Assembly: GCF_026571515.1 (NCBI RefSeq)
Contig: NW_026864613.1
Coordinates: forward strand, 62,001-126,000
Reading direction: 5' to 3'
Length of the DNA stretch: 64,000 nt
Origin: Ruditapes philippinarum
Lineage: Eukaryota
The translations under genes were made by a program, and so were the position numbers. Every line of letters starts with the position of its first letter. Position 1 is the stretch's first letter. Under the pieces are notes generated by a model. The model worked only from the letters and a program-made list of their open reading frames with translations. It did no database searches and was not told where the DNA came from. This document shows positions 12,941-26,573 of this stretch, in pieces.

Positions 12941-13769
12941 GTTAGCAACGATGTACTTAAATAAAAATTAATAATTAAAATTCCTTGCATTGCTGCCTGA
13001 AACAAACTAAAATTAAACCTTATCATAGCATTCATCATAGTATCTTCTTTCGTTTAACAAATGGTATGCAATGAATGATGAAGGAAACATGGCACAATCT
13101 CACTACACAGTTGTTGATTAAGGCAAATTTCAGTTCTGACAAATCATTATCCCCTTTTAATTCAGTTATGTTAGGATACAATCACATCGCATCAATAATT
13201 TAGAAAAAAGAGAAATATTTAAAGCTCACGGAAATAATTCCAAAACGAGAACCAGCATAATTTTGAGCAATTATTTTCATAACTTGTATTAAATTGTATT
13301 AAACCAAAATGCATGGGAATAAAATAATTGTTTTAAATATGTCTCGAACAAACTATTATTTTGACATTTAATTTTCTTTATTTGTCTTTTAACTTTACTT
13401 TTGATTTCAGAATAGATAATGCCCGAAATTGTATTTTTTATGATAACTTAGGATATGAAGTCGCATAGTTCTACTTACTTAAAATACGCAAGTAAAATAG
13501 TTGTATACGCTCATAACATGTGCAAAGACAATATTTTTGCATTATTAGAACACCCATAATTTTCATAGAAAATATAAAACCAGCTTTTCTGCGACAAATT
13601 ACATTTTAAACGTTGTTTTCCTTGTTTAGAGCTTGAATAAGGAATGGATGGAAACTCAAAAAAAAAAAAAAAATTAAAAAATAAATAAATAAAATGCAAA
13701 GTTCATAGTTTTGTAAGTTAAGTAGTCTTACTTTTACAATCCTTTAAAATTCAAGATCTAAATGACAAA

Positions 13770-14900
13770 AGAAAAATGATGAAGTGTTGCACATAAATTT
13801 GTGCCAAGACTTAATCATAGTGATAAAAGTTTTATGCTTTGAAAGTTGTCTTGTCTGATTCAATGCAAGATCGACTTTAGTGAAATTATTGAGCATTCGA
13901 TGAGATAGGAATATCATATAGGAGAAGCTGATACTACTAAATTACGCATAACAATAATTATTTTTTCTCTAATGGGAAAAAAGTAATTATCGATAAAGCT
14001 TTTAAGCTATCTAGACATTTCTAGACCAATGAAGCAAGGACAATAACATTCGCAAAATGATTTTAAAGCTGGTAGTAAATATGGTTGGCAGTGATATTAA
14101 ATTGCATAAACCAAGCTTGACTGTTCTTTATGCTCCATTGTAAAAAACGAGGAAATTATTATTTGAATTTGCAGGGCATCGAATGAATAATAAACCATAT
14201 AAAAAGTTTGATGAATCTTTAGAAAAATATTTTGAGTTATATCTTTTGCGTGTCAGAGTCTAAACATACAAACTTTACTGCCTATCAACAACATCCAGAA
14301 TAATATTTATGAATTTTACTAATCTACAATACTGCAATACAAAAATATTGATGGAAGCCTCTCTTAAATCCATTAATATTTCGAATGTGAATTGGAGAAA
14401 ATTGAAGAAATGGTTTGCAAGTAAATCACTCTGAAAAAACTTGTTCCAATTTACTGTCAACTTTAACATTCCTTTATATCTTTTAAATATTTAAGACGTT
14501 CTATAGGCGTGAACTTTAGTTCCTCCAGTTTTCTTTCAACATGATGATATTTAGTGTATTTAAGTTAAAACCTTAAAGACATTAATCAATGGCATTATCC
14601 AAGTTTTCCTGAGATTCTAGTCTTTTTTACGTCAAAACATTCTCAATTTCCGACCTGAGCGACTCCGACAGAGCTCTGTAATCAATATGTTTGTTGAGAG
14701 ATATTTACACTTTGCTGGACATGTTTAATTTAATAGCAAAAAACTGGCGTGAAATATATAACAGATGAAACTGTGTTTTTAATTTAGTCCAAATCAAGAC
14801 ATTTAATATAAACATAAGTAGTATTTGGTTGCTATCATCAGTAAGTAAAAGGAACATAAGAAAGTAGTACAAGAAATACATTATCAGATGATCCTTATTT
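13770..14900. pseudogene. Possible decayed coding relic of unknown origin
   Basis: Protein-like reading stretches interrupted by stops: + strand about 14057-14263 (MILKLVVNMVGSDIK...*KTRKLLFEFAGHRMNNKPYKKFDESLEKYF) and - strand about 14470-14700 (HIDYRALSESLRSEIENVLT*KRLESQENLDNAID; HHVERKLEELKFTPIERLKYLKDIKE). No family recognised. Confidence 0.25.
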
Positions 14901-17900
14901 ATAAGCATCTTAAGAAATATTTCGTTAATGATTATCTATGTAAATAGTTTTACAAGGTTATGTCAATTTGAAATGAAAGTATCGTTGGGTCATAATTGCA
15001 TCTTTTTACAAATGTCATGAAAAGGTTTAATATACGTTCCAACATAAAACCAGAGTTTCATGACAACATGCCTGAGTAGGTAAAACTTTCAAAAGAAGTA
15101 GTTTTTACAAACAAATAATTATAAACCCAAAATATTGTATTGTTATATATAGAATAAAAGTAATATAAGAAGACCATCCAACATAAAGGCCAATTTTATA
15201 CCAGCATTACACCGCTCACAGGAACTTCAGCGAGACACACGCATTCATGACATTAAACCAATGCAAAATTGACAAATGAAAATAGCTTTCACACTTTGAA
15301 TGCATTATCTCAATGCAATGCATTTTGGAGCCAAATACAATCAGCCAACATTAATAATTCACATAAAAAGAGATTTAATGCTCGTGGGAAGTATTATAAA
15401 GACAATACAGGCAGAAATAATTCAAAAACATTATAGTGATTAATTGTGTTATACAAAAAGTGTGCGAATAAAATGTGAAATAGGATAAATGCAGATATTT
15501 ATTTGAATATTCAAATCAACGGTTTTTCTGGTCAATTGCTACTTGATTAATTTATAAAAAATATTGTCATAAATTTAACGTGAAGGGCTGCACAGTTTGT
15601 ACGAGTATTCGCTCGCCCAAGTTTGAGCGGCATCTTTTGTATCAATATGTGCCGCTGCATGCGGTATTTTATTACATCGATCTTCTTTGATAATCTTTTA
15701 AATTAATATTCAATGACATGTAAGATAAAGCTTTTTTCTGGTATATTTCCATGTTGGTAAATAAGAAAAAGTTTTACTAGTATGTAATAATTATGAATCA
15801 TAAACATCAATTATTTACTGACAAGAATTACTAAATTTTACAATTTTAAGACATTTTTTCTAGAATATAATTATCAAAGTGTGTGCATTTATCACATATT
15901 TTAATGCTGCAACATGAACTTATCTATTCTAACTAATTCAATTACTTTAAAAAGAACATAGAATAATAACTGTATACATGTAAGATAGGAATCAATATTT
16001 AACATTTAAACTAAGGATATTGTAATATAAACACTAAAATACAATGCTGATAACGCTCTCTGAAAATCACCATTTAAAAAAAAAAATCTTTACCGACACT
16101 GTAATCTTTTACGGGTTCTTGCCACTTTTTGTTGTCTGCATTTTGTTTTTGTTAATTTGTTGATTTAAAATGCACGTTTTTTAATCAGCATATACGTTAG
16201 TAATGTGAAAGCACGAACTTCTGAGTTTACTAATAAGGCGGGAAAATCGTTTGATGTAAACATGAAAATTGGCAACTAATTATGGCCATGGTACATTAGA
16301 AATCAATCATATATAGCGTGCTTACATTAATTATTAACGGGCGGTCGCTTGAAGAAGAAGCACGTAAATGCTCGAATCACTCGACCTTTATTTTTCATGT
16401 AGTTCTTTTCCCATTGAACTACACTTTACATTATGTTTGAAACGTTGTCTTAATTGATACAATAAATGAGAATTGATGCATTATTTTGTATTGGTATGAC
16501 TATATCATTGCACTCAAAGAACTGGTGTTAACATCGTGTGAGTAAAGTATTATATAATATTGATATAAAGTCCAGTGAGATAATGTTGTAAGACTGCCTT
16601 AGTTAAAAGAATACGTTTTATTTTTATTTTGGTGACTTGTGATGTTTGCCTTAGCATAACTTTAAATAAAAAGTACACCACACATAACATGATTTAAAAC
16701 AATTGAAATATACAAGTTTCATTTTCAAAAAACTTGTCTCACTTTAAAGGATTTGATAAAAACTTCCTAAGATAACTGCACGTTTTAAGAACAATTTTGC
16801 GTTATTGTTTGTGCTGCAATCGATCGAAATGAGACTCTTGGGACACGGAACATTTGAGTTGGCACATTGCTTTGACGACCTTCTACAATTTCAGTAATAT
16901 CACACTACACGGAGATATGTCTGTCTCTTTCTGGGCGATATTCATTCTTTTCTGTCCAAAACCTAAGTTTTGTTTCTATAGACTGGCCCGGCCGTCAATC
17001 ACTGTTACTATTTTAAGATCTGTTCCACTTGTTATATCCCCTTAACTCGGTTTTTAAGTTTAGAATTTAAATAGTCTATCTGAACGATATTTCTCTATAC
17101 TATTATACATTGACGTCTGTAGATTATATTTTTTCAACGGAGTTACAGAAGTCAAACCACACAATAGATTTTTATATTAAAATAAATGTAGACGGCGTTA
17201 CATGCCGCTATCTATATAAAGCAATATTGACTTTTTTCATTTACATGTGGGCGAAACATTGTGCAATCATTCTATCAGATGAGATTAGCACGCAAAATAG
17301 TACTAGCTTGAGCAATCTTGTCTGAATTAACGTCATAATCAGGGATTCTTATACCATTCCATAATACACGGACAATTTCATTCGTTAGGAATTCATGCAC
17401 AAACCTACAATAGCAGCAAGTCGAGCATCGACAATTATTTACGATGCATTTGTTTTAACGTTTTAACAATCTGATTATCAAAGATCAGTTTAAGAAATGT
17501 AATAAATGTAGGACGAGATAAAAAGCATTAAAATATCATCACAAAAAAAACAACCTTAAAATGTGTTTGTGTGTCTTTAAATTGTATAATGTAAGCTATA
17601 TAAATTTAGATAATATTTAAAAGGAATAGTTTCTATTCCATTTTCATTTCAAGAGTCATACAAATCTTTTCTTAATGTTTAGGTTATTATTCAGGCTTTA
17701 CTATTAGTTACATTTTAAAGCGTTATTACGCTACGTCCGTCGTCGTTAAGAGTAAATCCGCAAAGTATACGTTATACATGTATATACTTTGCAGCCATTC
17801 CGGACTAGAGTGAAGACAAACCCGACAGCGTTTGTAATTTGTTTGGTCAAAACATTAAATATATATAGAATGTACCGGTGTGGAGCTTATTTTGTAAGAT

Positions 17901-18335
17901 CCACTGTATGTAATGCGCATGCGCAAACAGGTTGCAACCATTGTCTTGAGAAAAGCCAGACTTTAAGACAGAAAAGAGTTTAAATCGTTCTAAGAGTCTC
18001 ATTAGGTAAAAAGAGTGTGATTCCTTTTTTTTGTTCAAGAGCACATTGCAATTTCCTATGATATCTCAGATATATTTCGGAAGTAACATAATTGAAAACT
18101 CTAATGTCTTGCTTGTACAAATCTCATGCTTTGTACATGGTTACTTTATAAAGGATTTCTATTTCAATTGTAATACTCAAATAAGGTGAAATTTTTAAGA
18201 AGATTATTTCGACGGCAGACAACACATTTTAATACATAAAATCTTGATCGTTAATTTCGCCGCGTCTCGACACATGCTGATTCTTTTCAATAGATTAGAT
18301 CGCTCCAAATAAGCTACGTGACTTGAATTCTATTA

Positions 18336-18600
18336 TTTATGCCAAATTTCTGGATACGGTCAACTGATAACGTAATCACTTAAAGAGTTCCGCTTAGTTT
18401 AATGCGAATTGTAAAATCTAATACTGATGTTATTTTTTTTTGCAAAATTTGATAACTTTATGCCACCGATTTCCTTTTATATTCATTCCATTCATGAATT
18501 TTACAATTTGTGCCAAATTCTTGATACCGCAACTGCTTACATATTCGCTTAGAGTTTTCCGCTTAATCTTATGCGAATAGGGTAAACCATTTAATACTAA
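18336..18600. repeat. Degenerate local duplication (~95-bp block, ~171-bp period)
   Basis: tgccaaatt..tggatac.g.caactg...cttaragagtt..ccgctta.t.t.atgcgaat occurs at 18336-18430 and 18507-18600. Confidence 0.75.
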
Positions 18601-19299
18601 CATATTGCAAATCAGGAATCACTTTTCATCACAGATTTCATTCCGTATTAGTCCCAGTTGTTCTGCTTATTCAAAATGTGAATATTGTGACTGTTTCACA
18701 GTTATCCGATTATTTTATTACACATGTAATATTATCAAGTGTACATTTTCTCGATATAATCACTGCTTTATGTTTTATGTCCAAATATCTTACAATAGGA
18801 ACGATGCAAGGATTTATGTAATATACGGAACAAACAATGACTTAAGTTGCCACTAGAAAGTTAAATACCCTCTCTCAAATACCATTAATACCATTGGCCC
18901 GTGTAAAACTAACGAAAGCAATCGTAGTGCATGTCGAAAAATGAAATTATTTTTCAATTTCTCTAAACAAAACTGGCAGATACATCAAAAGCGTCTAGAA
19001 GGAAATATATTGTAGAATGGTTAACAAGAAATTCAATAAAAGTCAGACAAAGAAAGTAATGTATATGTTGTTCTAAAAATAATCGTGTATGCTGTGTTAA
19101 GATGGCAAAAGTTAGTGCATGTACTTAGACACAATAAAAAATAATTTGAGAATAATAAATCAAATGATTTAAAAATTTAAAACTATAACTGGGCACAGAG
19201 TCCTAACAATTAGGTTAAATATATGACTATTTCATCGGTTCTTGGAATACAAGCAATGTATGTACTGTTTTATTTGAAAAGTATTTACTGGAAGTTAAA

Positions 19300-19390
19300 A
19301 TAGAGAAAAACAGAATCCATAAAGAACTCCAAAACGACAAAATTGAAAATGTTGCAGGCTCGGTTTGGTTAAACCTGTTCATGCAAAGCC
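19300..19390 (+). repeat. Dispersed block F (other copies on the minus strand at about 22980-23075 and 3852-3890)
   Basis: aaatgttgcaggctcggtttggttaaacctgttcatg matches the reverse complements of catgaacaggctcaatcaaacccagcctgcaacattt and catgaataagctcaatcaaaccgagctgcaacattt. Confidence 0.75.
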
Positions 19391-21925
19391 ATTCTCGTTT
19401 ATTTCAAATGTTTGTGAATTATTATTCATAATGAGAAAATATTGCAATTTAAGTCAGCCGTTTAACAAACTTATTATTAATTCAAAGTAATTTTCACGAT
19501 AAAAAGTCATATTGTCGTGTCGCAATGGCTCTTGGGACAAACAATGTAGCAGATACATCACCAGTGAGGTGTGCAGCGTTTATTGATCATCATGAAGAAT
19601 TATCAATATAAGTTGGAGATGTCGATCTGTTTTAAATGGGAATGACAACAGCAAAAAACACCATTCTAAACACAACATATCTCATCCTATTACATCGATT
19701 AAGAATAATGGTATACAATGACATCCTTTCATTTGGTATTTCAGAGAAGCTGTTAACAATGATATCAAACAAATACCACAGGACCAAGTCGTTATGTACA
19801 CACAAATCGTACATTTTAAGTGCCACGCGTTCTAAAATCAATGCGATACTTCAATAGATCTTAGAGTGGTCAAAGCATTGATCTTAAAAATTAAACATCT
19901 TCATTATCTCTAACACCACCAAAATGAATAAATTAATATATAAGAAAATAATTCTGATAACCTATTTAGTCTTTATACAGAAAAAGCTTGTCATCAATAG
20001 ACAACTCGTTCCCAAATACAAAATGGCTGAGAAACATATCAAAATTGTATGCATTATTAACTAAAAGATAAAAGAAGAACGTCAGCACGACATTGATGCG
20101 ATGCAATTATCAAACAAAATCAGACACTGAAATTAATTTAGATGTGGTCGACTGGATTGCTTATGCATAGGATCTTTCTGTTTAATCCCAAACATAAATA
20201 AGTGATCAAACGTAAAATGTTTGAGTTATTACATTTGTCTGACACGTCAATTTAGATATATAATATTGAACATGAGCAGATTTTGATGACAAAACAACTG
20301 AATTTAGATGTGACGAGCCGGCATACCTTTTCTGTGAGACAGATCATTATACCAAAGAGCAGAGAAATTTGACATTTAATTGTAAACGACAAAATCATTA
20401 ATTTCTTCGTTTGCCCTCTACTATCGAGAATGTAAAACACCAAGTGATATCATTAACACCTAAAGACCTTTGAAATGCAGCGGAAAAATAATAAAGTATA
20501 AATGTTTGTAAATTGACATGTAGAACAGGTGTTATATGTCTGTTAGTCTACAATCTTTGATAATATACCATAACACCATCACAGACGAGTAAATTCTATA
20601 GTTAAATGCTGTACTTTATAACTCAGACAGAAAATGGAAATATTCACAATGACATTGTGTTAACATTGATCAAAATGACTTAAACGTCTTATATCAAACA
20701 TATATTTTCTTTTATGCTATGTCATTTTATATTACTTATGGCACCTAGAACAAAAAATCAATACCGAAAAGTACTTTCAGCTCTGCCGAAATCAAGTTAG
20801 TAGCTGTAATGTAATTATTGTGTTATTTTATCTCAATAATGAACAGTTCTTAAAAATCTCTATGCCCTATTTAATGTTCTTTTCACGAACAGAGTGCGTT
20901 CATTTATATAAAGGTGACCAAATAGCATTGTCACTTCAAATGCATTTCATCACCTTAAGGCTTTGTAAAATGGATATGTATTACAATATGGATATTGGCA
21001 ATACAGGACATTTGGTAGAGGCAGCTAAAAAGCGAAAACAGTGCGTGGATAACTTTTATTTAACATGATGTTTAAAACATCTTTAAGAAAGTAAAATTGG
21101 AAATCTCAAAGGTCGACAAACAAGGTACTAGTAAGTTAAAACCGGTTTGATTGTATGGACGTCAGTGGCGAAATGTAATTTGTTGTGGACGCCCACAGCA
21201 AAACACAAATTTTGTCAAGATAGTTTAATTTTTATTTACTTTTCAATCTCATATGATACCGTGGCACCGGTGTATGCCGGAAATCTTGAAAGACTTGAAA
21301 TATACCTCGTATGTAACTACGTGTATTTAAAATAAGAAAACTTTTTTATCGACGTTTTTCTTTTTTTTATCATTTTCCAATTAAAGCAGATCTTTAAAAT
21401 AGTTGAGAAAGGCTTTAAAGCATATAGTGTCTGCACAATGAATGTTGAAACCAATCAAATAACCTCACTAACTGGATTTAAAATTAGTAGATTTACTAAA
21501 AGCGGCGGTGCTAGAAAATCTTAGCTCATATATGCGTATAAATATTACACTTTATGAGTTTTTAACGTATTTCTACATATAGACTTCTTTTGTAAGCAAT
21601 AATGAATATGTTTACGGCTAAAATGTTTTAAAAGTAAGCGTTAGGGTGAACACGGAGTTGAAATGGATTTTTATAGCATTCTTGGTTTGATTTATGCAAA
21701 AACAATTCGCCGTATCGGTAGTTTACAGCTGGTTACAAAACGTATAAAAAAACACAATTTTACATATGACTAAATTTTGCATTCATTTGTACAAATTCGT
21801 GATATTATCAAAGTAACATTGATTATGAATTAAATAATCTCGTTTTTCAATGAGAATTTGGTAAATGTAACTAAAGCACTGGATATTCATTGCTAACGGT
21901 CAATGTTTTTGTCAAGAAAACAAAT

Positions 21926-22137
21926 GAGCCGCGCCATTACAATAAACCAACATAATGGGTTTGCGACCAGCATGGATCCAGACCAGCCTGCGAATCCGTG
22001 CAGTCTGATCAGGATCCATGCTGTTCGCTCAGTTTCTCTAGTTGTAAAAGAGTTGGTAAGCGAACAGCATGGATCCTGATCAGACTCCGCGGATTCGCAG
22101 GCAAACCCACTATGTTGGTTTTGTCGTGACGCGGCTC
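21926..22137. mobile_element. Palindromic MITE, Sola-like (copy 1)
   Basis: Termini GAGCC...GGCTC, 4-bp TSD AAAT (21922-25 / 22138-41) and long TIRs. 4-bp AWWT TSDs and GRG...CYC ends are established Sola signatures. Confidence 0.88.
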
Positions 22138-25100
22138 AAATAATGTTTATAATTGTCATCCCGCCTTACAATACTTAAATCCCGCCCACTTCCGCAACAA
22201 TATTGTTACTAGAATAGGCAAATATTAATAATCAATTCACGCACCGATCACGCTCTGGAAAGGAATTTCCTTATCCTCTATCTAATCTAATGATATTCTA
22301 TTAATTTTTAATTCTTAAATACAAACAATAAATATGTACTTGCTACTTATTTATTTTCCCTATTTCTGTATTTATTGATATATCCCTATACTGAGGTGTC
22401 AATAACTTATAGATAAAGAAAATGCGTATTACTTTTTAACAGCATGGTACTTTTAAAAATAGATGTATAATATTGAGTTCGTTAAAATAGGTTGCTGATC
22501 ATCGATCCAAATATTCTAATATATCGCCCATATCTAAAGTGCAACTTTGAATATATCTGAAAGTTAGACCCATATATGAACTTTTAGTATTTGCACACAC
22601 AATGTACTATACTCTATGCGTTTAAGCAAAGCAGAGGTTACAAAATACGTAAATTTTACAATTAATAACTTCTCTCACACATTGACGTCATATCTGTGAT
22701 ATGCAAGCTTCATAACCTCTGATCTCCTTTCAAAATTCCATTTTATTTAGTTCTGCCCATTGTTTTCTCGTTTAGGGCACACCATTCTTTTACTTTGGGA
22801 CCATACGCCGCTTTTCATGGAATGACACTTAAGTGACACATTGAAGGTTCCATGATAACCGCCGTATGAACACATCTGCGGATATTTTTAAATTCAAAAT
22901 TTCACCATTACCAAGATTAAATGAGTTCTGCCTAAGCCGGTGCTAGGTGGCGTGGACGGTTACTTGCACTTTCCATTACTATCCATGAACAGGCTCAATC
23001 AAACCCAGCCTGCAACATTTTGAATGTTGTCTTGTTGGACTTTCTTTTGGGGATTCTTTATTTCTCTCTATTTTCTCATACACACTGTGTCGATATGACG
23101 GACAGTGTTTTTGTAAATATACATCATATTTCAAAAATATTTTTATACCAACGTTTTCTATGACATCAGATCGGTTCATCAATCAAAGTTAGCTAGTAAA
23201 TTACAAAACATAAGCCTCAATGATTAAATACTGAATCCTTTAATAGCAATGCATCACTGTTTCGCATTTATACAGACCGCTAAATCTCACGGCTAGTGTC
23301 TTTATAATTACGTGATTTGTTTCCGTCAATTTTATCACGATTCTGATATCAGAAAACTCTAGACAAAAAACCGATGGTAATAAACTTTGCTTCTGATATT
23401 GCATAATTATTGAAGGCTTTAGCCAAGTCCTCTGAGGATTCAATCGAGATTCGTACAGTAAAAATCTATATTTAATATCAAAATATAAAGATAGATATTC
23501 TCCTGTCTTAATATACAATAACACAATGTATATGGATGCTTACATATCGACGTTTGTGCTGTAAAGCCCTTGTTAACATGGTGAAGAAGTCCGACTGCCA
23601 AAAGAATGGAGCATTTACAATTCTTTAGCATATCATGAGACTCGGGTCATTTCTTTAAATTTATTTCAAGCATTAGGCATGACTTAGAATTATATAGGTG
23701 TTACCTCCCGAGACAGATGCCAGTTTGGATAAGGTAGATAAGAAAAATATATGTTTTCCATCAAATTATATTTTCTATATAAAGTTATACTGATTAAAAA
23801 TGTGAATACTTAACATCCGGTTCAGTTTAGAAGTTTTTAAGTGTTCCTCACCATATATCACAGTTTGTATATTTACAATGCAGAAACACGATTTAAAAAT
23901 TAAGATTCTCATTGATAGATTTACTTCCATATTTAGTAAAAATGTGTGTATTTTTATTTGAACATAAATATTTTTGGAAGCAGTGATTTTTGTGGGTAGG
24001 TAGCTGGAGGGGAAATTTTAAGCTTTAATTAAAGAAGACCTGTATTATACGACTATGCATTCATTGTTACGATTCAATAAGCATCGTGTATATCCGGTTA
24101 CGCAAGAATGACAAAATAACGCATGAATTGTGTTAAAGTAAGCCGAATCGATGTAAGGCAATGGGCAAATGAGTATCACGGTAATTTAAGGATCAAAGTT
24201 GTATTAAATGAAACGACTAAGTGGCGCATACGGCTGCAATAACATTATAATTCACCCAGCAATGGATATGTTTACTTTTACTTTTGAAGGTCTTTCCTAA
24301 AAATGGTGATCTAACTATCGTTTTGAAGACGACTTCTGTGTTGTTGTTTGTTGTTAACGCATTCAAAAATTGCATTGATATTTGGTATTCCTTAGATATT
24401 TGTCAAACTGCTAGTGTCATCTTATAATACTAAAAGGTAGCTGATTAAATATAGTTTAGGTAATTTCTATGAGGTAACCAGGCTTGCATTTGTGCATCAT
24501 TCATGAAATCTGCGTTACCACATAAGACTGTCTCAGTTTCAATATATATATGACACGCGTAGTTTGGCAAATGTTTCATTTATGCCGAATATAAACAACA
24601 ATAGTGTTATATACGTTATTGTATTTATATATATCGACGAAACACAAAAGTCGCCTTCATTACGCCAGCTAGATCGTGTTTTCCACGAATGATCTTCATT
24701 TTCACGAATGATCTTCACAAAACAAGCATTTTCCAGAAAGTTTTCCGAATAAAGCTTAAAACATGTTGTCCAAGAAGCCGTATGCGCTTATAGATTTCTT
24801 TTAATTTGGTTTACTTTCAAATATATCAGTTCTTTTACTAACGCTTTTCTCGTCTCGGACCTAGAATTACACAATTCTTGGTTTCTATTGTACATTTCCT
24901 ACTTTATTTTTCACATCCGTGTGTTACTGAATATACACGGTAATAAATGACAAAGAAAGTGTTTATTTGACTATAAAATTTGGTTGTTTGTTATAAAAGT
25001 TGTGAGAAAAATTGTTTTGAGCAACATTAACAAAGTGAAGACTGCAGAAGAGACGGCTTAACTTGCCTGTTCATAACATCGGCTATCAAATTAACACCAT

Positions 25101-25664
25101 GACACTCTAATTCTAGCACTGTGGATCAAACAGTGTTTTTTCTTAGTGTATACAAATTGCAGTGAATATAAATGTGACAAGAGCAAACTGATGTAATAAT
25201 TTCGCCCAAGTTAACGTCTACAAGAGAGTATAGAGTAAATTAAGTGTACAGTATGATGTTTTAAAACTCATGAAATTTAATGGTTTAACATGTATTATAT
25301 TGTATTGTATAAGTTTCCTATATAACAAATAATGTAATATTGAGATGAAAAATACTTTGAACAAAAATCACAAACATTATAAATTCAAGCACGTGTTACC
25401 GTCCTAATTAATTCGTTTCCGGTATATGACCTGCCTTTGATCTTATTTAGAGAAGTCGTGTATCTAAGGGAAAGCGATTTATTAACTATTCTTGTTATTG
25501 TGAGTCACTCTCCTCTACTATAATACGACTCTATTTTTGTGCTTTCCGTTTGAATAAGTTCTAATAAATAATGCAAAGAAATAACTAAATTAAAATGGTA
25601 GTCAAATACGATTAGTAGATTAAACATGTTGTAAAAAAATAAGTGAACAGTAAATGGCGATCGT

Positions 25665-25940
25665 TGATGGTTAATGTGAATATATATTCAATATTATTTA
25701 ATTGTACATGTTGAGGGCAAAATTGGATATGTATTTGATATTATTCATTTATTGATAGAAAAATTGAATATGTATTTGATATTCGTTTTATAATGATGGT
25801 AAAATTTGAATATGTATTTGATATTAGTCCTATGTTGATGGTAATAAAATTGAATAGTATTGATATTCTTCATATGTTGATAGTAAACTTGAATATGAAT
25901 TTGATATGAGTAATATATTTATGGTACAATTTGATTATAA
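25665..25940. repeat. Degenerate ~41-bp AT-rich minisatellite, 5-6 copies
   Basis: aaaattgaatatgtatttgatatt...atrttgatrg recurs at about 25718, 25759, 25800, 25845 and 25883. Confidence 0.85.
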
Positions 25941-26346
25941 GTAGTTAATGTCATACTAAGCTAAGAGAAATAGAGAGAATTGTTAATGTTAGCTGTCGAT
26001 GGACCCAAACGGCATACCTTTCGGCTTTTAATTACGAATTTATTGTTTTGTAACGCTGAGAAATGACATAATTTAATAAAATTTGTAAATGATTGTATTG
26101 ATATAAAAGTATAATCTAAAAATTATAACTATAATTAGAAGTGGCATTTATATAATCTCTGTTTCTGATATTCATCTACAAGTTTGATTAATCAAATTCA
26201 ATTTTAGATGTTCGTAACTGTCAATCAAGTCATTTTCAAATGTCTATTTAGTTGTTTTCATACAGCAATGCAATCAGCAACAATGTGAAAGATATTCATC
26301 AGTAGTTAGAATTAATCACATGATGAAACAAACAGATATAACATTT

Positions 26347-26573
26347 GAGCCGTGTCACGACAAAACCAACATAATGCGTTTGCGACCAGCATGGATCCAG
26401 ACCAGCCTGCGCAGTCTGATCAGGATCCATGCTGTTCGCTATCAGTTTCTCTACTTGTAAAATGGTTGGTAAGCGAACAGCATGGATCCTGATCAGACTG
26501 CGCGGATGCGCAGGCTTGTCTGAATCCATGCTGGTCGCAAACCCATTATGTTGGTTTTGTCATGACACGGCTC
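26347..26573. mobile_element. Palindromic MITE, Sola-like (copy 2)
   Basis: Termini GAGCC...GGCTC, 4-bp TSD ATTT (26343-46 / 26574-77), same family as 21926-22137. Accounts for ORFs 26299..26529 and 26429..26644. Confidence 0.9.

Noticed and set aside
22745-22830. Sushi/CCP-like peptide on the minus strand (C..MKSGVWSQ....C) and CRNGSWD at about 19519
   Set aside because: Too short, no supporting splice sites or first half of the domain; compatible with chance.
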